IMG/VR virus record: IMGVR_UViG_3300026255_000001
Location: 17,853-81,852 of that record
Source of the DNA: a virus
Lineage: Duplodnaviria; Caudoviricetes
Length of the DNA: 64,000 nt
Reading direction: 5' to 3' (one strand)
Part shown: piece by piece, positions 1 to 10,100 of the stretch
Numbering within the stretch: the stretch's first letter is position 1
How the letters are laid out: each line of letters opens with the position of its first letter
Program-made: the position numbers and the translations under genes
Notes under the pieces: model-generated
The model's input: the letters and a program-made list of their open reading frames with translations, nothing else
Databases searched by the model: none
Told to the model about the DNA's origin: nothing

Positions 1-1104
1 CTCGGCGTGACCAGCGGCATCACCTGGGGCTCCGAGGGTATGCGGCGCAACCGCGAGGGCGCCGAGAGCGTGCTGGGGGACGACGCAGCCACGGTCCAGG
101 GGGTCGGGCAGGCCGTGGTCGGCACGGCGCTGTCATTTGTGCCTGGTGTTGGCTGGGCCTTGGCGGCCGGGCTCAGCGCCCTTAATCAGGCCAACCGGGC
201 GGCGGCCGGCACGCAGAGCTGGGGGGATGCGTTCATCACTGCCGGGATTTCCACGGTAGCCAGCCGCATCGGGGCCGGGCTGACGGCTGGCGTAGAGCCC
301 GGCATTGCGACGGCGTTCACGAACGCGGCGGTGCAGGGCACCTCCACCACGCTGCAGACCGGCTTGACCGGCAGAGACCCCGTGACCGGTGAACGGCTCG
401 GATGGGACGACGCGCTCGAGCGGGGCGGAATATCCGCCCTGTCGTCCTTTGCCACGGCCGGATTTCAGAATGCCATGGGTACCCAGGGCAACTGGGCCGG
501 TGCGTTCCAGGGCGCGGCGGTCGGCGGCGGCACGTCCTACCTGTCGGGGCTGGCGCTCGGGCTGGAGGACGACGCTTTGGAGCAAAGTGTGTATAGCGGC
601 GCGGCGTCTGGCGCCCTCACCGGGTATGACGCGGCTGGGAAGCGGCACGATTTTTACAACAAGCCGAAGTACGACAGCATCTACGGAGGAGTCGACATTC
701 TTGGCCGGCCTATCGCGAGAGAGCAGCTCACCGGCTACGACGCGGCGCTCGAGCGCGGGATGGCCTTTGGGCCCGCGCAACCAGGGGATTTGCCAATTCC
801 ACAGGACGCCAGCGCCTGGGACCGCACCGTCCGCTGGGGCACGAACTGGAACGTCGGGTTCAAGCCGACCCCGGAGATGTCCGCCATCGGCCGCGGCGCG
901 CAGAACGCCTGGGATTTCGTGACGCCTTGGGAGACGCGGCACGAGACGGGCCAGCGCGTGCGCGGATGGTCCGATTCGCCTTGGGGAGGCCCGCTGAACT
1001 GGGTGGAGAACACGCATCGGCTGTCCGCTTTTTTGCGCAATCCGACGCAGTTTGGTGTTGCCGGACAGGCAGAAGGAGTTCGTCCGCCACGATTGGTTCA
1101 TTAA
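1..1104 (+). CDS. Gly/Ala-rich internal virion (ejection-type) protein, 5'-partial
   Basis: Frame is open to the left edge (GTG at 7). Gly/Ala/Thr-rich amphipathic segments; first of a co-oriented run leading to the giant virion protein. Function inferred from context. Confidence 0.6.
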   Translation, partial: LGVTSGITWGSEGMRRNREGAESVLGDDAATVQGVGQAVVGTALSFVPGVGWALAAGLSALNQANRAAAGTQSWGDAFITAGISTVASRIGAGLTAGVEPGIATAFTNAAVQGTSTTLQTGLTGRDPVTGERLGWDDALERGGISALSSFATAGFQNAMGTQGNWAGAFQGAAVGGGTSYLSGLALGLEDDALEQSVYSGAASGALTGYDAAGKRHDFYNKPKYDSIYGGVDILGRPIAREQLTGYDAALERGMAFGPAQPGDLPIPQDASAWDRTVRWGTNWNVGFKPTPEMSAIGRGAQNAWDFVTPWETRHETGQRVRGWSDSPWGGPLNWVENTHRLSAFLRNPTQFGVAGQAEGVRPPRLVH

Positions 1105-1137
1105 GGTAGCCGAAGAAGAAAAAAAGGAACGACGACC

Positions 1138-3711
1138 ATGTCAACTTTCATCGGAAACATTGGGGTACCGCGAATCGACCGCCACATCAGGTATGACTAC
1201 AATGACGTGGGTGCGGCGCTGGACAGTTTCTTTGGCTCCAGCAACCCGGTCCCGGCGGCGGTTTCACAGCAGAACTTCATTCCTCCGCCCGCGCCGACCG
1301 TCGGGCCGTTGGTTAGCAATGCGCCGCCCCCTGTTGCCGCCACGCCCCAGCAATTCCAGCAGCCGTTCATAGCTCCCGCCGTCAGCCAGCCTTGGAGCCA
1401 GCCCGTTCTGCAGTTCCAGCAGCCGTTCATAGCTCCCGCCGTCAGCCAGTCTTGGAGCCAGCCCGTTCTGCCGGCGCAGTTCTTCTTGCAGACGCCGGTC
1501 CCGGGCTACGCGACGCCGCAGCAAATGGGCATGGACATCTTCGGCGAGGCGCCGCAGGCTCCGGCCGAGCAAGCCCCCGCCCCGACGATCGCCGAGACGG
1601 CGTCGTTCGTGCCTTCGGCGGAGATCATGGCGCCGGAGGCCCCTATCACCGAGCGGTTCGTGGCCCGCGGCCTGCCTACGGCGGGCGAGCTAGTTTCCCC
1701 GCCCCCCAGTTTTGACGGCGGTACGGCCAATGTCCTTGGGCGGGTGGAGGCCGACGCCTACGCCCCTCCTCCTTGGTGGCCGGAAGGCGCCGTCGTGAGG
1801 CGTGACCCGATGGCACCGGGAGGTTTTAGCGTAACGGTACCTGGACCAAAGTCGGCTTCGATGAAGGTTTACCCGGAAGATTCTCCGGCGCTGACCGACG
1901 TCAGAATAAGCCCTCCGACTGAGCCCGACCCGCTCGCGGAGGCGCTTCCTCCGCCGGCGGATGCCCTCGCGGCAACGGTAGGGACGGCGAGTGCGGACGA
2001 CGCCATGCGAGCCGTACCATCCACGCCTGGCGGGCTTTCCGCCGCCCCCAAGGATGACCCAGCGGTCCGGCGTGTTGAGGAGCTGTATATCGCTGGGGTA
2101 GAAGCTGCCGGCACTCCTTTGTCAGACGAGGCGAAGAAAGATTTGTACACGCACATCGTCGATCGTGTTAAGGTGGACGAGGTGTATAAGCCGCGGCTGG
2201 CCGTGGTTGAGGGGCGACTAGGCGGGTTGGATAAAGAAGACCCGTCGTACGATGTGCTGGCCAAAGAGAAAGAGCGGCTTGAAACCAGAATCGGTGCCAT
2301 TGAGGAAAAATATAAAACCACTGTTGCACCAGTCGACAAAGAAGCCGAGCACGCGGCTGAGTTTCTGACTGATGGAGAAAAATACATTGCGGCCAGGACC
2401 GGCACGCTGACCGGTTCCGATGCGACGCAGTGGAATTATTACCAGGACAAAGTCAAGGACTTGGAGTTGTGGCGGGAGGCCGATGCTTGGTCGAGAAGCA
2501 AAGACGCTAGTGAAGGCAAAGACCCGCCGACAAGGCTGGCATCGCAATTCCGATATGGGCAGCTTATAAAGCAGCCGGAGCTCCCGGCTACAGAAACCAC
2601 GGTTGTTGGGCGCATAGAAATCGAGCGGCGTATTTTCGAGAGCCTTCATGAAACCACGCGCGCAGATTTACTGCGCCGCCCCGGGGATATGAATCTCGAC
2701 TCGTTGGTTCAGGCGCGACAGGAACAGCAGCTCGAGCCGTTCAAACTGGCTTTTGAAGGGGCATCCGACCCAGTCATGTCGGGAGGGCTATCCGACGTGC
2801 TTGACGACGCTGGGTTGGAATCGCTGCAAAACGCCGACGGTCTGTTGCGTGAAGGGAAGTTTGCTGCGGCTGACCGGGCATATCAGCAAACTGGCCGGTT
2901 GGCGATCCGTTCGCAATTCGAGCGGGCCGCCTCCGGCAAGGGCGTAATCGTTGGCGGCGACGGCTCGCTGACTGTGGACCCGAGGATGCTCAGCGAGGCG
3001 CAGCAGCTGCAAGCCACCCTCAGAGAGATGTTTGACGCGGCCCCGGAAGGATCTCCTGCGCGAGTTGCCATCCGGTCCCAGATGCTGAGACTGGACCGCG
3101 GCATCGACGGAGCCACCGGCAAGTCGGAGCACATCACCGGCCTGAAACTGTCCGATCTTTACGCCGGGTTGCGGGCGGACATGGACGTCAACACCCCCAA
3201 GGGCGCCACAAAAGAATATGCCGGGCACCTTGGAGAAGTCGGAGAAACCATAAACGACAGGACCCAGCTCACCATCAAGGGGGCGATCGCTACGTTTGAG
3301 CGGTCGCAGGGCCTGGAGCGGGATAAGCAGACTTTGCAGGAGACCATCGACGGTGCGATCAATCTCGGCAGGCGGGAGTTCAAGAACTACGTGAATTCCA
3401 CTCGGCACGGCTCGGAGTTCGGTCGCGAGGGGGTGCTCCGCAAAATACGAAATGACGGAAGCGTCGAATGGAACACGGCCAACATGCTGGCGGTCGGCAA
3501 TCTCGCCCTGCTGGCGCTGGCGCCGCTCGAACGCGCCTACTGGCAGCGCCGGCAGGAGGAGCGCGAGGACGAGCGCTACGACGAAGACTGGGAGCGCCAG
3601 AAAGAAGCCTGGGCGATCCAGAACGGGTACCGGCTCCAGCAGATTGGCGCCGCCGGAAAAGCGTCCCGCGGCGGGGGCAGCGTGGCGGCAGTCCGTCCGG
3701 CAAGATTCTAG
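1138..3711 (+). CDS. Putative internal virion/ejection protein, 857 aa, with Pro/Gln-rich N-terminus and helical C-terminus
   Basis: ATG with AAGGA RBS. N-terminal 20 aa shared with the next gene. C-terminal hydrophobic helix followed by a charged coiled coil. Confidence 0.65.
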   Translation: MSTFIGNIGVPRIDRHIRYDYNDVGAALDSFFGSSNPVPAAVSQQNFIPPPAPTVGPLVSNAPPPVAATPQQFQQPFIAPAVSQPWSQPVLQFQQPFIAPAVSQSWSQPVLPAQFFLQTPVPGYATPQQMGMDIFGEAPQAPAEQAPAPTIAETASFVPSAEIMAPEAPITERFVARGLPTAGELVSPPPSFDGGTANVLGRVEADAYAPPPWWPEGAVVRRDPMAPGGFSVTVPGPKSASMKVYPEDSPALTDVRISPPTEPDPLAEALPPPADALAATVGTASADDAMRAVPSTPGGLSAAPKDDPAVRRVEELYIAGVEAAGTPLSDEAKKDLYTHIVDRVKVDEVYKPRLAVVEGRLGGLDKEDPSYDVLAKEKERLETRIGAIEEKYKTTVAPVDKEAEHAAEFLTDGEKYIAARTGTLTGSDATQWNYYQDKVKDLELWREADAWSRSKDASEGKDPPTRLASQFRYGQLIKQPELPATETTVVGRIEIERRIFESLHETTRADLLRRPGDMNLDSLVQARQEQQLEPFKLAFEGASDPVMSGGLSDVLDDAGLESLQNADGLLREGKFAAADRAYQQTGRLAIRSQFERAASGKGVIVGGDGSLTVDPRMLSEAQQLQATLREMFDAAPEGSPARVAIRSQMLRLDRGIDGATGKSEHITGLKLSDLYAGLRADMDVNTPKGATKEYAGHLGEVGETINDRTQLTIKGAIATFERSQGLERDKQTLQETIDGAINLGRREFKNYVNSTRHGSEFGREGVLRKIRNDGSVEWNTANMLAVGNLALLALAPLERAYWQRRQEEREDERYDEDWERQKEAWAIQNGYRLQQIGAAGKASRGGGSVAAVRPARF
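1351..1470 (+). repeat. 60-bp tandem duplication encoding QFQQPFIAPAVSQ(P/S)WSQPVL x2
   Basis: 1351-1410 vs 1411-1470, two mismatches. Confidence 0.95.
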
Positions 3712-3723
3712 GGAGATACGACC

Positions 3724-4770
3724 ATGGCAACTTTCATCGGAAACATCGGAGTCCCGCGGATCGACCGGCACATCAAGTTCGACTCTTCCAGAGACAAGCC
3801 GGCCTCGACCCCGTCAGCATTAGATTTGTGGCGTGACGCGAATATCAACCGGGCGGAAGGGCTGAAGGTCACCAACCGCGAAACCGGCGTACAAAGCACA
3901 GTCCCTCATTTTGACTCCTCCCTCCGGACCGGCGGCACAAGCTCCGGCAGATCGTCCGGCGGATCGTCCGGCGGATCGTCCGGCGGATCGTCCGGCGGCA
4001 GCTCCGGCGACACCGGCAACGCAAGGGTAACGACCGACCTCGACATGTCGATCCCCGACATCCCGGAATACGAGCCGCTCGACCTGTCCGGCATCGAGTA
4101 CGACCCCGCGTCCCCGGACCTGCAGGATCTGTCGAAGGCCGACACCGCGCTCGGCGCCATGGAGGACATGATCGGCGGCCTCCGGGAGAAGAACAAAGAC
4201 TGGATGGCCGGCAAGGTGTCCGGGGATACGGCGGATCAGTTGAGGTCGCAGGCGGCCCTTAGTGCCCGCATGGGCGGGGCCGGCGTCGACTCCCAGATGT
4301 CCCGCAACCTGCAGGCTCGCGACTTCGGGCTGACCTCGATGCAGATCCAGGAAGCCGGCATGCAGCGCGAGAGCCAGCTGACTCAGCTGCAGCAGAGCCT
4401 GGCCGGGATTCGCGAACAGCGGATGCAGTTTATGACCCAGCTGCGGGAGCAGCAGTCCCAGTTCGGTTCGGCCTTCGAGATGGACAAGGCCAAGGTCGGC
4501 GAGGCGTCCCGGCAGTTCGGGGCCAACCTCCAGGACCAGATGTACCGGACCCAGCTCGCCCACAAGGAGCTGATGCTCAAGCAGGAGGCGTTCAACGCCG
4601 AGCAGAACATGCGCCTGGTCGAGCTGATCACCCAGTCTACCCTCGGGTTCTTGCAGTTGCAGGTCCAGGCGGCTGGGCAGGAGACGGACTTCGGCGGCGG
4701 CGTGAAGACGTATGAAACCCTGCAGAAACAGCTCGAAGAGCTTTGGTCCCGCAGCAATCCGAAGACGTAG
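3724..4770 (+). CDS. Putative internal virion/ejection (pilot-type) protein, 348 aa, Gln-rich coiled coil
   Basis: GGGAG RBS, shared N-terminal tag, GGSS linker and Q/M-rich helical body. Confidence 0.65.
   Translation: MATFIGNIGVPRIDRHIKFDSSRDKPASTPSALDLWRDANINRAEGLKVTNRETGVQSTVPHFDSSLRTGGTSSGRSSGGSSGGSSGGSSGGSSGDTGNARVTTDLDMSIPDIPEYEPLDLSGIEYDPASPDLQDLSKADTALGAMEDMIGGLREKNKDWMAGKVSGDTADQLRSQAALSARMGGAGVDSQMSRNLQARDFGLTSMQIQEAGMQRESQLTQLQQSLAGIREQRMQFMTQLREQQSQFGSAFEMDKAKVGEASRQFGANLQDQMYRTQLAHKELMLKQEAFNAEQNMRLVELITQSTLGFLQLQVQAAGQETDFGGGVKTYETLQKQLEELWSRSNPKT
3946..4005 (+). repeat. 12-bp tandem repeat (GGCGGATCGTCC) encoding a GGSS linker
   Basis: Three exact units at 3958-3993 plus two degenerate flanking units. 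Confidence 0.95.
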
Positions 4771-4779
4771 GAGACTACC

Positions 4780-7134
4780 ATGAGCGACCCATTCAACAGC
4801 TTGATGACGACCGGCGCCGCGAACGCGGTTGGCGGCATGGCCAATCTTTTCGCCGGATCGCAGGCGATGCAACTGCAGGCGAACGCCGGCGCGCAGAACG
4901 CGAACGCCGGGCTCATGCAGTATATGATGTACCAGGACGCCCTGTCCGCCAAGAACCGCGAACAGTCCAGGCAGTTCGACATCCAGACGCGCGAGCGGTC
5001 CGATCTGATCGCGGCGAAGCGCGAGGAGTCCGCGTTTGCGCGGCTCAATGCGACGCTGGATTCGCAGCTCAAGCGCGCCGAGATTGAATCCCGCGACCGC
5101 CAGCTGGCATTCGAGAACACACTCAAGCTGCAGCAGAACGACCTGCAGATGAAGATTCAGACCATGCAGGTCGAGCGGATGGAGGGCGTCATGGACGCCG
5201 AGGCGCTGCGCGGCGAGCTGGCCAGCATATCCGTAGACGCGGCCGAACTCAACGGGCTTGATTTGGCCGACCGGTTGGTGAGCGTGAAGAACAAGCACAA
5301 ACGCGGCATGGCCCACCTGGAGAGTTCAGGAACCCCGATCGGGCAGACCATCGCCGGTATGGTCACGGCGGCCAAGCAGATGAAGCTCGATATTCCCGTG
5401 CTCGACGACGATCTGCTCGGCGACTCGTTTACTGTCGAGGCCGCGCAGAAAGCGATTGAAGACATGGATCTTGCGGCGGGCAGGGTGAAGGCGGACGACA
5501 AGCAGGTGCTCGGGTACGTCAAAAACCAAATGCTGAGCAAGTACGCCGACGACGACGCCATGTCTGCGCGGATTGGCGATTATATCGCGGCGCACGGGAT
5601 CAAAGGGTCCAAGTTGGCGACCCTGGATGCGGCCGGCAAGACGCGACTCGGGATGCTGGCCGCCCTGGAGGACATGGAGGCCAAGGAGGGCGCTCTCCAG
5701 CCGCACTACGCCAAGATCAAGGAGCAGCTGTCCGATCCAGTCGGCGCCGCGCACTTCGATACGCTGTATCGAGCGGGCGTGCTCGAGCCCATCAAGGACA
5801 AGGCCACGCTGTCCAAGCTGCAGATGCTCCACCAGCACAATTTCCAGACGCAGGTCGCCAACATGCAGGCGGCCGCGGACCGCGGGTTCAACTATTTCGG
5901 GCCTGAGCTGAAAGAAGCCCGGGAGCGCGCCGAGGAACAGTTCCAGGAAGCGCGGATGGAGATCATGGCCGGCGGGCGCCCCGACGCCGTGTGGGCGTTG
6001 TCCGGGGGCGTCGACTCGTTCGACTCCTTCCGCGAAGGCGTGCTGACCGACATCAAGAAGACCGACGAGTTCAAGCGCGTGACCGGCGGGGACATCATGG
6101 ACTTTGCGCTTGAGGTGTCCGGTTTGGCCGGCGCCGGGCGTACGGTGGCCAACGTATTCACTGGACGCTGGGACAAGCTGTCGGTTGGCGATGCCGTTGA
6201 CCTGGCGCTAACCTCCGCTGCTTTGTTTTCTGGCGGCGCAACTTTGTGGGGCCGGGGGTTACTCGGCGCCTCTAAGGGGGTGAAAGCGACGATGCTCGGG
6301 GCCAAGGTGGCTAAAGGCGGAGGGGTTCTTGGTGGGCTTGGCAGAGGGGCTATCTATGTCCCAAAAGCTATTGTAAGGAAGACGGGTCTCGGTACTCGCG
6401 GGATGCAGTTGTGGGCCGCCAAGGGATCTACCGGAGCCGATGCTGTTCGGCGGGCCTCTAATGCTATCGCACCGGCTAAACGGTGGTTGGCTAAACAGAC
6501 AGTTGCGGCAGGGTCCGCTGGGATGCAAGTTCCAGGGAGAGTGTCCGCTGCGTTGTCGAATTTGGCTGGTAAAGAGGCGGCTCTCTCCGCCGCTAGGACG
6601 CTTCGCGGCGGAGAAGTTGCGGCGAACATCGCTGCCGCCGGTTGGGCTGGCGGCAGAGCCGCGGATATGGCTATTGGACGGGCGAGCGAAGGCTACGAGC
6701 GCGGGCAGTCAGGCCCGCGACTTAGCTTCGGCCAGTTCCACGAAGCCGCGGACGACTTAGAGGAGAAGTTCCAGACGCTGCGGATGATGGGCGACAAGAT
6801 GCGCGGCAAGCAGCTCGAGGCCATGACGACTGAGTTCGTCAGCTCCTTCGAGAATTTCAAGCGCGTGGCGGGCAACTACTACAGCGACGGGCGGGTTCCC
6901 TTCCAAATCGAGGAGCGCTACCTGCAGCTCAGTCGGCTGCTCCCGCCTTTGGTGGCGAACAAGATCAACCGCCGCATCCGCGACGGGGAGTCCGGAGTCC
7001 AGCCTCAGAGCTTCTCGTCGTTCGAGGAGATGATGGCGCTGCCTGCGCGCGGCGGAGGCATGTCCATGCCTGTCGCTGCGCCTGCCGGCGGAGCCAGCGG
7101 ACTCCCAGGTTTCGAAGCCGACGAGACTCCTTGA
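4780..7134 (+). CDS. Putative internal virion/ejection protein, 784 aa, with a Gly/Ala-rich membrane-active segment
   Basis: GGAG RBS, N-terminal coiled coil, hydrophobic Gly/Ala stretch (about 6100-6700), directly upstream of the giant protein. Confidence 0.65.
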   Translation: MSDPFNSLMTTGAANAVGGMANLFAGSQAMQLQANAGAQNANAGLMQYMMYQDALSAKNREQSRQFDIQTRERSDLIAAKREESAFARLNATLDSQLKRAEIESRDRQLAFENTLKLQQNDLQMKIQTMQVERMEGVMDAEALRGELASISVDAAELNGLDLADRLVSVKNKHKRGMAHLESSGTPIGQTIAGMVTAAKQMKLDIPVLDDDLLGDSFTVEAAQKAIEDMDLAAGRVKADDKQVLGYVKNQMLSKYADDDAMSARIGDYIAAHGIKGSKLATLDAAGKTRLGMLAALEDMEAKEGALQPHYAKIKEQLSDPVGAAHFDTLYRAGVLEPIKDKATLSKLQMLHQHNFQTQVANMQAAADRGFNYFGPELKEARERAEEQFQEARMEIMAGGRPDAVWALSGGVDSFDSFREGVLTDIKKTDEFKRVTGGDIMDFALEVSGLAGAGRTVANVFTGRWDKLSVGDAVDLALTSAALFSGGATLWGRGLLGASKGVKATMLGAKVAKGGGVLGGLGRGAIYVPKAIVRKTGLGTRGMQLWAAKGSTGADAVRRASNAIAPAKRWLAKQTVAAGSAGMQVPGRVSAALSNLAGKEAALSAARTLRGGEVAANIAAAGWAGGRAADMAIGRASEGYERGQSGPRLSFGQFHEAADDLEEKFQTLRMMGDKMRGKQLEAMTTEFVSSFENFKRVAGNYYSDGRVPFQIEERYLQLSRLLPPLVANKINRRIRDGESGVQPQSFSSFEEMMALPARGGGMSMPVAAPAGGASGLPGFEADETP

Positions 7135-7160
7135 CCCCAAGCCTCCCGAAGTGCTAGTCT
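7131..7160 (+). promoter_or_regulatory. Sigma70-like promoter for the giant gene
   Basis: TTGACC (7131-36), 18 nt, TAGTCT (7155-60) with an extended -10 TG. Confidence 0.5.
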
Positions 7161-7189
7161 CAGCTCCACCTTAGGAAGGGAATCGGAGA

Positions 7190-10100
7190 ATGAACGAGTT
7201 CAGGTTTTTGGCGCCCGACGGGCGGTACGGCACGGTGAGCGCCGAGAACTTCTCGAGCGTTTATTCCGCCGGCGGCATCCCCGTGGAGGCCATGCCCGAA
7301 GTCGACGTCATGTCCCCCGACGGCATGCTGTCCACGATCCGCCACGAGAAGGCGTCCGAACTCATCAAGACCCAGGGGTACAAGCTCGCCACGACCCCGC
7401 GCCCCCTGCGCTTCGCGTCCCCCGACGGCCGCACCGGCACGGTCAAGGTCGGCCTGGAATCCGCGGCTCTGAGGCAGGGCGGGACTTTGCTTTTGAAGGA
7501 GCTTGACGTCAACAAGCCGTTGAAGCCGGACCTCCCCCGCGACCCGAAGATCGCCTCCGAGCCCCCGGAGTCCGTGCTCGGCAACTGGTTCGGGCCGGTG
7601 CCGAAGGATCCGACGACCCTCAAGGGTTGGGATTCCTACCAGGCGCTGGTTACCAAGAACAAGAAGGGGAAGGCCGGATTCTGGGAGGGCATTACCCCGA
7701 ACATGACGAACGTGCCATTCCTCGGCACCGCGCTCGCCGCGGTCGACGCCGGCAAGGCGGCCTTGACCGCGCAGCGGCTCAAGGAGGGCAAGCCGACTTC
7801 CGACCAGGATGTTCTGGACCTCAACATGTTCATTGCCAAGCAGGAGCGCGAATCCAACGCCACGATGCTCGGCAAGGCCGGCAACGTCGTGATCGACATG
7901 ACGACTTTCATGGCCGAAATCGCGGGGTCGATCAAGGGATTTCTGGTGCCGTTGAAGCCCTGGTTGGCCGCCAAGGCTTCGGCCAAGGCCGGCGGCGCCG
8001 CCGTAGGCAAGCTGTCCGTCGGATTGTCCAGAAAGATTTTGAAGGAGAGCGGCGAAGAGTGGGCCAAGAACCTCGTGGCCAAGAAGGTTGCCGCCGAGGC
8101 CGGCGAAGAGGTCGCCGAATATCTGGCGAAGCACGGGGGCCGGCGCGTCGCTGCGAAACTGCTCGGGCAGCTCCCCGAGATCGGCGTCGCCACGATCGCC
8201 CCGACAATCGGCCAGATCGTCCCCCAGTTGGCAGCCACGAAGATGTCTGGGCAGGACGCCGGAACCTACCGTGGCAACGTCGACAAGACCTTCGCTGCGC
8301 TCATGGGCGAGGACATGGAGAATTCCGCGGCCATCTGGCGCTCAGTCGCCGACACCACGATCGAGAACTGGTCGGAGGCCATGGGTGAAACCATAATGGC
8401 AGGCATGTCCAAGCTCCCCATCGTCGGCGGCCTCGGGCAGGCCATCCGGCGCAACGCCAATGCGTTCGTGGAGAAGCTCGGCAAGGCCGGAACGGCGGAA
8501 GGCTTCCAGGCCGTGGACCGCATAGCGGGCATGGCGGCGTTGTCCAGGTGGTTGTATGGGCGCGCCAAGAAGGGCGGCTCGTTTCGGATGATGATGGACG
8601 ACCTGCACGCCGTGGGTTACGATGGGGTCTTCGGCGAAATGATGGAGGAGCGCGCGGGCGACTGGATGCGTGGCCTGTTCGGGCTCGAAGGCGATGCCGA
8701 CGAGAACGCCATCAAGCGCGCCTTCAAGAACTCCTTGCCCGACCCCGAGCAGCTCGGCGTCGAACTGATCGCCTTCTCCATCCCCGCGTTGGCGGTCGGC
8801 GGGTTGCGGTTCGCGGCGGTCTCGCCGAACATGGACGGGTATTTCCGTCGTCGTGAGGCGCTCGAGGGCCTGGCGACCCTGCACAAGAACCGCAAGCCGT
8901 GGGAAGACGGCAGCTTTACTTCCGGCGACGCCGAGGCCAGCAAACCCATCGTCAAGGACATCATTCGCGAGCATGAAGCCTATCAGCGCGACTCCACTGG
9001 CTGGATGAAGTATTTCAACTCTATGTTTGACGGGCTTCTGAGCATGAAGGTCGTCGACGGCGCCGTGGTTGTCAACCCGGACGTCAAGTACAAGAACACG
9101 ATGTCCATGATGATCGGTACCTACGGCGGCCTGGCGCGTACCGCGTACCTGGATAACCTCGGGCGCAAGCCGACCGAGGAAGACCTGGACAAGGCCCTGG
9201 ACATTGGCGCCGAGCACGCTATGCGCCAGATGGCCCGCCAGGGCGGTTTCATTTGGCTGTACGACAGCACGCTCAGGACGACCGATGGCGTGCCTTCCGC
9301 CGAGGCAGGCGTCACGACGGAGCAGGAGGCGCTCAAGTATCTGTCCAAGGCGCAGCTGCAGGCGCTGCGCGACGCCGACTTGCTGACCATCGACGACTTC
9401 GGCAAGATTTTCATGCTGGATCCACGCAGCTACGACACGGACCAGCACGAGCTCTTGGCCCATGCGTTCGAGCTCGGCACGGCGCGTCAGGTTCTGGAGG
9501 ACAAGAAGTCGAGCGAGAAAGATCGCGAGGAGGCCAGGAAGCAAGAGGCGGAGGCCCTGGAGAAGATCGGCAAGATCGCGCCGGGCGTCGGGCCGCTGAG
9601 CGTCGCGGGGGCCCACAGGCGCGCCGCCGAAGCCGTCGCCCGCCTGATGACGCTGACCCCCGAGGAGGCCCGGGACGTCACGCTGCAACAAAACATCCGC
9701 TTCGAAAGCGCCCTGGACCTTGATGAGCCGGCGGACGAGGCCGCTCTGGCCGAAGCCGAGGCCAAGGGAGAATATGCCCTGCTGTTTGAACTGTACCGCA
9801 AGCACCAGCGTTTCAATGCCTATGTGAATCTGGAGCTGGACGCCGATCCGCTCCCCGGGTCCCTGAACGAGTTGCTGCTGCGCGCCACGGTGTCCCCGGA
9901 TTCCATGTCTCCCGAGGAGAAGGTCCGCGCAGCTTCGTTCCTAACCGGCTACCCCGACGCCACTCGCCTCGACGAGGCGACGTCCGTCGCGCGCCGGGTC
10001 CACAAGATGGTACAGGAGGGCGAAATCGCTTTCCGGGGAGACAGGATCGTGCGCTCCGGCGACGGGCAGAAGTTCGTCGTGCTCTCGCCCTTCCGGGACG

